From IMG/VR virus record IMGVR_UViG_3300032397_000001: a DNA stretch of 64,000 nt; one strand, written 5' to 3'. Position 1 is the first letter of the stretch; every line of letters starts with the position of its first letter. Below the pieces are notes generated by a model. That model made no database searches and was not told where the DNA came from. It was given only the letters and a program-made list of their open reading frames with translations. The DNA is from a virus. Position numbers and translations under genes: made by a program. Below are positions 58,552-64,000 of the stretch, piece by piece.

Positions 58552-58848
58552 ATGAGTACAATTCGTTTTGACTCACCTTTAGTGGAAGGATTGAGAAGAG
58601 GGATAGTAGCAGAGTTAAATTCTCAAGTTCAAAGTGACGATCCTGTAACTGAACGTCAACGTCTTGAAAAGGTTGAGGGTCAAGTATGGGATACTCAAGA
58701 ACTGTCAAGAGATTTTGAAGTGTTGAGTTTTCTTGCTCCGTTTGTTGTTGTAATAAGGAAGGTTGATAATGTCAAAGGTACTTTGACCTTTCAACATCGT
58801 CCGAGATTTTATTTTGATTTTGTTGAAGATACATGGAAACCCTCATGA
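58552..58848 (+). CDS. Moron-like hypothetical protein
   Basis: VWDTQELSRDFEV..FLAPFVVV..GTL.FQH.PRFYF. Confidence 0.65.
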   Translation: MSTIRFDSPLVEGLRRGIVAELNSQVQSDDPVTERQRLEKVEGQVWDTQELSRDFEVLSFLAPFVVVIRKVDNVKGTLTFQHRPRFYFDFVEDTWKPS

Positions 58849-58861
58849 AAGGAGGGGTGAG

Positions 58862-59131
58862 ATGAGCGATTTACCAAGAGCCTTTATCAACATGGAAAAC
58901 TGTGATCATCCCGCGGCTTGTTTTACGGAAATACGCATCTGTTGCCATTGTCAGATTGCAGCCCTTGCCGCCCTCGACGCAGAGCGTGAGGGGCGCGCCA
59001 AGCAGATAAGTTTATCCGAGGTCAAGATTTCTAACCTACGTTCCGAGTACGTCGGGGAGATTACTTTTCTCAACCTATGTATATTGGGGCTTGAGAAGCG
59101 GTTGCGAAACGAGAAGGAGGAAGGACGGTGA
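58862..59131 (+). CDS. ALDAER-family protein 7 with Cys-rich head
   Basis: FINMENCDHPAACFTE..; ALDAERE. Confidence 0.7.
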   Translation: MSDLPRAFINMENCDHPAACFTEIRICCHCQIAALAALDAEREGRAKQISLSEVKISNLRSEYVGEITFLNLCILGLEKRLRNEKEEGR

Positions 59132-59345
59132 TCGGGGATAAGGCGAAACTGGTACTTACGGTCTATGTCCCGTACTTTAGTCAAACTGGGGCGTGGCAGA
59201 AGGGGATTAGAGAACTAGAGTCATGCAAGGAAAGCTGGTAGAGATCAGGCGCCGTGCTGAATCATGTCTGCGCTTTCGTTCCAGGGATGACTCACAGAAG
59301 ACATTGTATGACATCATTGACCTGATCGACAGCTTGGAGGAGTGA
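59128..59345 (+). pseudogene. Frameshifted paralog of 49309
   Basis: MIG..K.VL..YVP..SQ..W head stops at 59241; plausible continuation MQGKLVEIRRR.. in another frame from 59223. Confidence 0.5.
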
Positions 59346-59346
59346 G

Positions 59347-59496
59347 CTAAGCGACGTCATTCGTGATGTAATTAAGGCTTGGTCTCCTGAGATAGTTGCC
59401 CTCCTCGACGTTGAACGTGCCGAGACCGCCAAGGAGGTTGCCGACCTCGAACTGAAGGTACAAAAGAATTACTACTATAGAAAAATTATCTCCCCC
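59347..59496 (+). pseudogene. Start-less ALDAER-family remnant in frame with the next ORF
   Basis: cta-agc-gac-gtc replaces atg-agc-gac-gt; LLDVERAETAKEVADL. Confidence 0.55.
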
Positions 59497-59523
59497 GTGA
59501 ATCTTTTTCTTGGAGATGTTAAA

Positions 59524-60021
59524 ATGGAAAATGAGGAGGGAACTTTTCAGTTAGATTGGGATACAATTACGAGTCCTTTGTCAGATGATTTCAGACCATT
59601 ATTAGAGTTCCTTAAAAGATATCATAAGCAACTCTGTTTAAAGTTATTAGCCTCAGCAATAATTATAGATAAGCAAGAAATTCTTATTCAGTTAAGAAAT
59701 TTGAATCAGCAGGTTGACAATCTCGAAGTGAATATTGGTCGTCTTGGGGAGTATATAGATACTATTAGGAATGATTTACTAACTGAGATGAGGAGAGAAT
59801 CATGGCTGAAGAAGAACATTCGAAAGATCAAGAAAGTGTTATACCAAATCTTGCGAACGCCCTTGAGAATCCTGAAGCACCTAAGAAGCGAGAACGATAC
59901 CAATCACAATCAGGATTCATTGCAGTGTCACTCCATAGAGGATATACCGAAATCGGAATCCTGGACTCAAATCTCCAATCAGAAGTCGGAAAGAGCGCCT
60001 TCATCTGTGGAGGATACGTAA
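59524..60021 (+). CDS. Coiled-coil hypothetical protein
   Basis: ORF track; 3' end overlaps next gene by 220 nt. Confidence 0.5.
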   Translation: MENEEGTFQLDWDTITSPLSDDFRPLLEFLKRYHKQLCLKLLASAIIIDKQEILIQLRNLNQQVDNLEVNIGRLGEYIDTIRNDLLTEMRRESWLKKNIRKIKKVLYQILRTPLRILKHLRSENDTNHNQDSLQCHSIEDIPKSESWTQISNQKSERAPSSVEDT

Positions 60022-60611
60022 GATACTGTGCAAGCCCTCGACGTGTACCTGAACCCGCATCAGATGTAGATGTGTACTGTAAGGATGAAGAGACGTTTCT
60101 ACATCTGAAGGAATTCTTCAAGAGAATTGATTTGAGTGTACGTCATGAGAATGACATCTCTCTCACGTATACGTTGCCCAAAGAGAGTACTCATCCATAC
60201 TTCTATGCACCTGCTGTTCAGTTGATTAAACCTATACGTGAAGGACGTGTTGTAGCGAATGGTTCAATGGTAGAGATTCTCGAGAATTTCGATTTCACTG
60301 TCATTCGTTGTGGTTTAATAGATGAGAATACAGCTATGGTTGATGCGGACTTTCTCCATGATGAGGAACATAAAGAATTACGTTTGAAAACTATCCATTG
60401 TCCCATCAGTAGTACACTTCGTTGTATGAAGTACGCAAGGAAGGGATATTGGTTAAGACCGTTTGAATGTTTGAGACTCTTTCTGGATTGGGAATCACGG
60501 TCTGAAGATTATCGTAACAAGTTACGCAACTTTCTTGAGAAGTCGGCAATTAATGGTGAATTCACAAAAGAAGAGGTAAATGAGCTCGAGGCTTTAATGA
60601 GAATAGATTAG
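59802..60611 (+). CDS. Pol-beta superfamily nucleotidyltransferase (CCA/poly(A) polymerase head-like)
   Basis: FICGGYVR...SDVDVY; ILENFDFT; R.MKY..KGY. Confidence 0.75.
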   Translation: MAEEEHSKDQESVIPNLANALENPEAPKKRERYQSQSGFIAVSLHRGYTEIGILDSNLQSEVGKSAFICGGYVRYCASPRRVPEPASDVDVYCKDEETFLHLKEFFKRIDLSVRHENDISLTYTLPKESTHPYFYAPAVQLIKPIREGRVVANGSMVEILENFDFTVIRCGLIDENTAMVDADFLHDEEHKELRLKTIHCPISSTLRCMKYARKGYWLRPFECLRLFLDWESRSEDYRNKLRNFLEKSAINGEFTKEEVNELEALMRID

Positions 60612-60623
60612 GAGGGGAAAGAG

Positions 60624-60809
60624 ATGAATCAGATTAAAATGTTAACGGCTAAGGAAGTTGCTCGTATTATAGATTGTTCTCCAGATGATGCTTCTGATTG
60701 GGCACGTAAAGGAAAGATCAAGGCTTTCAAGCATGGCCGATTTTGGTGTTTTCGTTTGAGTGATGTTCAAGCGTTCAAGAAATCATTGGAAGGAGCTCAT
60801 CATGTCTAA
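60624..60809 (+). CDS. MerR/excisionase-like HTH protein (HTH_17)
   Basis: MLTAKEVARIIDCSPDDASDWARKGKIKAFKHGRFWCF. Confidence 0.85.
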   Translation: MNQIKMLTAKEVARIIDCSPDDASDWARKGKIKAFKHGRFWCFRLSDVQAFKKSLEGAHHV

Positions 60810-61035
60810 GAGGATTGAAACGTTATTGAAAACAGTAGGGACCAATTGCAGTAATTTGATTGAGTCAATAGAAGCCTTGCAAAAAGAAGTTGTTGATGAA
60901 ATGAATCAATTCAGCCTTGTGAATACGAGCCTCAGCACTGAATGTGGAAAGCTGAAGACAGAGAATGATGAGCTTCGATTGAGGTTATCTAAAATACAAG
61001 AAGTAATGAAGTCTTCAGAGCCCAAGATTTCATGA
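60802..61035 (+). CDS. Coiled-coil protein
   Basis: Heptad pattern; RBS aaggag. Confidence 0.55.
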   Translation: MSKRIETLLKTVGTNCSNLIESIEALQKEVVDEMNQFSLVNTSLSTECGKLKTENDELRLRLSKIQEVMKSSEPKIS

Positions 61036-61065
61036 AGGGGTTATAATTCAGGTTAGAAGTGCCCC

Positions 61066-61094
61066 TTGAAAAAAATTTGGAGTTCAGTTAAACT
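61066..61094 (+). promoter_or_regulatory. sigma70-like promoter preceded by AGTGCCCC
   Basis: TTGAAA-17-TAAACT. Confidence 0.5.
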
Positions 61095-61133
61095 ATTATA
61101 ATTGGAGTGGTTTTCTGTCTAAGGGTATTTGAG

Positions 61134-61637
61134 ATGTCATTTGTAATTACGGCAACAGATAGAGACTATTGGCGTTTGAGTTCTCAAGGCTTTCCTGCTG
61201 TAAGATTCGCTGATATAATCCGAAATATCGTCACAAGGAAAGGGATTCCATCTGGTGCCTTCTACACCATGTTAGGCAATTTCGAGTTAGCTGCATCGAA
61301 AATACTTCCTTTATCATTAGAAGGAACAGACTTTCGGAGATCTCCTCATCTCTTATCTCCTGAAGATTTGATATACTTGAAACTCGAGTCAGAGGATCCT
61401 TACGTTATAACAACCACTGAAACTAGAGTTTGTAAGTTGCGTTGGTATGGAATACTGTCAGACCCAGTGTTTGTTTTATTGGACTGTGCGCTTCGGCGTC
61501 ATGGATTTCCGGCTCATGAAGTAATAATCTGGGAGGGTGATTTAATCGAGGAGATTAAGAGATGTCTTATTGGTTATGAATTTGTACCCTTTGATAGTTT
61601 TATGAAATGGGTGAAAGATGTGAAGAAGGTAGCTTAG
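61134..61637 (+). CDS. Hypothetical protein
   Basis: ORF track. Confidence 0.55.
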   Translation: MSFVITATDRDYWRLSSQGFPAVRFADIIRNIVTRKGIPSGAFYTMLGNFELAASKILPLSLEGTDFRRSPHLLSPEDLIYLKLESEDPYVITTTETRVCKLRWYGILSDPVFVLLDCALRRHGFPAHEVIIWEGDLIEEIKRCLIGYEFVPFDSFMKWVKDVKKVA

Positions 61638-61745
61638 TTCATATTTTGTTATAAAGTTGGGCAAGCTGGGATAAAAAATCTCTTCAATAGTTTTTATCCC
61701 TTCACTGCTTTCTGCCCAGTACCTCTTAAATTCTTTAAAAGACAC

Positions 61746-61774
61746 TTGAAAAGCCAAAAGAAGTGTTATATAAT
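61746..61774 (+). promoter_or_regulatory. sigma70 promoter
   Basis: TTGAAA-17-TATAAT. Confidence 0.8.
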
Positions 61775-61820
61775 AAAATAAAAAGACTACTAATTTATTT
61801 TGGGTCCGGGAGTGAAGGCG

Positions 61821-62138
61821 ATGCCCAGAAAGCAGTCTCGGAAGTCTATGAAGTCTATACTGAGAAGTGAAATAGAGAAGAAATTAAAGAATTGTAGTGA
61901 GATTCGGCGATGTTCGTTGAGACGATGTCTTCTAGGTGATCCTAAAATTGTAAGAGAATTGTTACAGCGTATTACGAAAGATGGAACGAAAGCGATACCT
62001 ATCAATACCATCTTACGTAGAATCGATCGTGTATTTTCTGATGCATTAGATTCTATTCCGTATATCGAGTTGAGACATGATAGACACAAAAATATAACGT
62101 GGATTGTGAAAGTGGATGATGAGGATGAAGATCAATGA
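61821..62138 (+). CDS. Basic hypothetical protein
   Basis: ORF track; first gene after promoter. Confidence 0.55.
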   Translation: MPRKQSRKSMKSILRSEIEKKLKNCSEIRRCSLRRCLLGDPKIVRELLQRITKDGTKAIPINTILRRIDRVFSDALDSIPYIELRHDRHKNITWIVKVDDEDEDQ

Positions 62139-62356
62139 CAAACATTGTAGAGGGAGTATCTCCTGCTTTGGCACTGGAGATCAGTAGCAATTTGAATTCC
62201 GCAGTTCTTTTGCTACGAGCTATAGGTATACATGATATAGCATCAGAGGTGAATGAGTTGGTTATAAAGATTAATAAAAGGATCAAGATTGATATGAGTA
62301 AGATAGGTGAGGTTGCAGGAGGGGTTAAGAGTGGTCGATCTGGTAGTAAAAAGTAG
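62135..62356 (+). CDS. Hypothetical protein
   Basis: ATGA overlap. Confidence 0.5.
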   Translation: MTNIVEGVSPALALEISSNLNSAVLLLRAIGIHDIASEVNELVIKINKRIKIDMSKIGEVAGGVKSGRSGSKK

Positions 62357-62777
62357 TTTGGAGGTATTAAGAGACTTTAACATTAAACATAAACCCATAG
62401 AGTTTATTTATTCTGGTTCTGATTTTGCTTATGAGTGTCCTGACAAGATTCAATTAAATGTTTCACGTATTCATCAAGTACCAAATCGAACTGTTGAATG
62501 GATTTCGCGTTTCGTTTTCGGTATCATAATTCATGAAGTTGTCTCTCATATTAAAACTACTTTTCCTCCGGCATTTCGAGTTCGTCAGGCGTTAGTAAAG
62601 TTTTATTCAAAAGATGAATGGGAAGCGGAAAATTTACCATTACATTTTCAGATCGCATTATGGGGTGATGAAGAATGTCGTTCGCGACTTAGACAATATG
62701 GTTATGGAGAAAAATTAGAGAAGTTTGAGTCTTTAAGGAGAATTGTGTGTGATCGCATACGATGGAGGTTAAGTTGA
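62331..62777 (+). CDS. Possible zincin-like protein
   Basis: IIIHEVVSH (HExxxH variant). Confidence 0.45.
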   Translation: MVDLVVKSSLEVLRDFNIKHKPIEFIYSGSDFAYECPDKIQLNVSRIHQVPNRTVEWISRFVFGIIIHEVVSHIKTTFPPAFRVRQALVKFYSKDEWEAENLPLHFQIALWGDEECRSRLRQYGYGEKLEKFESLRRIVCDRIRWRLS

Positions 62778-63655
62778 AAGGTGTAAGACGTTTCGTTGTA
62801 CATCATATTCGTGATGTACAGGAAGCCGCGAAAACTATTGAATTCTTCCGAAAAGATGAATTCCGAGTGATCGGAGTCGAGATACCTCGATCACTAGCAA
62901 CACAATTGAAACTTGATGATAATATCATTCATGATATATATCCCGCTTGTATCAACGCTGTTTCTGTTAAGCTAACCTTCAAAAATCTCATCCTCATTTT
63001 AAAGCCAGATCTAGATTCATTAGCAGCGGTCGCAGTCATAAAGAAGATTGCTTATCGCGAACCCTTCACAGAAGATACTTTAAAGAAAGTTGATTTGATT
63101 GCTCGCCACGATGCAGGCAATTCAGTTTTAACTGTTGAAGAGCATATTCTAGTTGGTCGCTTGATAACTGCTGTTCAACAAACAAAATTCTTCGAGAAGT
63201 GGAAAACAGTTTACGAATGGCTTGCAGGAAAGCTTGCGCTGGAAGGTTATGATAGTTCAACTAAGTCGTCGAGACAACTTATTTTGGAAAGGCATAATAA
63301 TATTCTTGTGGTTGTAAGTTTTGGTTTAGGAGCGTTTTCACGTAAGTTTCTTAGAATGTATCCTTGTGTGATTGCACTTAACCCAAATGCGATACTCATG
63401 GGAAACAATAAGGGTCGTCGATACTGTATAGGATCTCAATATCAACTAGATGACCTTTGCATGAAGATAAACGAGATTGAAGAGGGGTGGGGTGGTCACG
63501 CTAATATAATTTGTAGTCCACCAATACGACCATCAAAGTTAGAGTTGAATGAGGTTATCAATTGCGTACAGCGATCAGGATTAGTGGATGAAGCAGTAGT
63601 AAAAGAGGATTCAATTCCTGTAGAGGAGGATACTTGTGAAGCTGATATTAGCTGA
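62762..63655 (+). CDS. Hypothetical protein, possible DHH-like hydrolase remnant
   Basis: PDLDSLAAVA; GWGGHANIICSP. Confidence 0.45.
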   Translation: MEVKLKGVRRFVVHHIRDVQEAAKTIEFFRKDEFRVIGVEIPRSLATQLKLDDNIIHDIYPACINAVSVKLTFKNLILILKPDLDSLAAVAVIKKIAYREPFTEDTLKKVDLIARHDAGNSVLTVEEHILVGRLITAVQQTKFFEKWKTVYEWLAGKLALEGYDSSTKSSRQLILERHNNILVVVSFGLGAFSRKFLRMYPCVIALNPNAILMGNNKGRRYCIGSQYQLDDLCMKINEIEEGWGGHANIICSPPIRPSKLELNEVINCVQRSGLVDEAVVKEDSIPVEEDTCEADIS

Positions 63656-64000
63656 GACGCCTTATTCAACTTTTCAAGGCGAACAACCTCTATTAGGCCT
63701 TCCCATTCGCATCGTCAGATTTTCTGGATGTAATTTAGCTGGGAAGTGTCCTTTGGATTGTGATACGAAGTATTCGTGGAAGAATAAAGTTGAGGTTTCA
63801 TTAGACAAAGTCATAGATCCAGGAAGTTGGCGGGGCTTAATGATCACAGGTGGTGAACCTTTTCTACATAAGGAAGAAATGTTTACGTTAGTTAGGCTGT
63901 GGAGTGATGAGATTCATTCCCCTATCATTATCGAGACGAATGGAACTCTATTAGAATATATTGATTTGTTTAATTTGGATCGCATTATGAGTCTTCGTTA
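63636..64000 (+). CDS. queE: QueE-like radical SAM enzyme (7-carboxy-7-deazaguanine synthase), 3'-truncated by window edge
   Basis: Not in ORF track. GTG after gaggagga; STFQGE, VRFSGCNL..C..CDTKYSW, ITGGEP, IETNGT; frame open to window end. Confidence 0.8.
   Translation, partial: MKLILAETPYSTFQGEQPLLGLPIRIVRFSGCNLAGKCPLDCDTKYSWKNKVEVSLDKVIDPGSWRGLMITGGEPFLHKEEMFTLVRLWSDEIHSPIIIETNGTLLEYIDLFNLDRIMSLR

Larger units (their letters stand above)
48658..59131 (+). repeat. Dispersed gene-junction motif GAGAAGGAGGAGAAG(A/C)CATGA and variants (>=12 copies)
   Basis: Precedes starts at 48675, 49010, 49309, 49488, 49589, 50644, 55237, 55758, 56042, 56929, 57683, 57880, 58140, 59128. Confidence 0.9.

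Noticed and set aside
48600-59500. Integron cassette array
   Set aside because: Junctions are purine-rich RBS sequences without attC-like palindromes, genes overlap, and there is no integrase in the window.
772-63260. Minus-strand ORFs in the track
   Set aside because: Nearly all are shadows of + strand genes, with no convincing RBS or recognisable motifs.
1-64000. Alternative genetic code (TAG/TGA recoding)
   Set aside because: Long genes are intact in code 11, and TAA, TAG and TGA all end genes immediately followed by new starts.

Overview
This window is a segment of a large tailed dsDNA phage (Caudoviricetes). Essentially all genes are on the + strand, use the standard genetic code and have strong AGGAGG ribosome-binding sites; several sigma70-type promoters are present. 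1-19.0 kb is a tail module: a >2295-aa tape measure protein, tail/baseplate proteins and two proteins with CAP/SCP-like domains. 19.0-24.5 kb holds three complex short-repeat arrays with GC-rich palindromes, bracketing a ~4.3-kb block of small genes; this is a candidate long terminal repeat, packaging site or origin. 24.5-34.2 kb encodes two secreted FN3-like proteins (one apparently circularly permuted), a holin-like protein, an NlpC/P60 hydrolase and a cluster of SAM methyltransferases, GT2 glycosyltransferases and SAM decarboxylase. 34.5-64 kb is a long run of small accessory genes (DnaJ-like, SLOG, PRTase, nucleotidyltransferase, HTH proteins) ending in a partial QueE-like radical SAM gene. 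Within it, 48.6-59.5 kb is an array of small genes assembled combinatorially from a few recurring protein/DNA modules and joined by a conserved junction sequence. Recent perfect tandem duplications occur throughout. All functional calls come from motif recognition by eye; no database search was run. No tRNA, rRNA, CRISPR array, integrase or reverse transcriptase was recognised.
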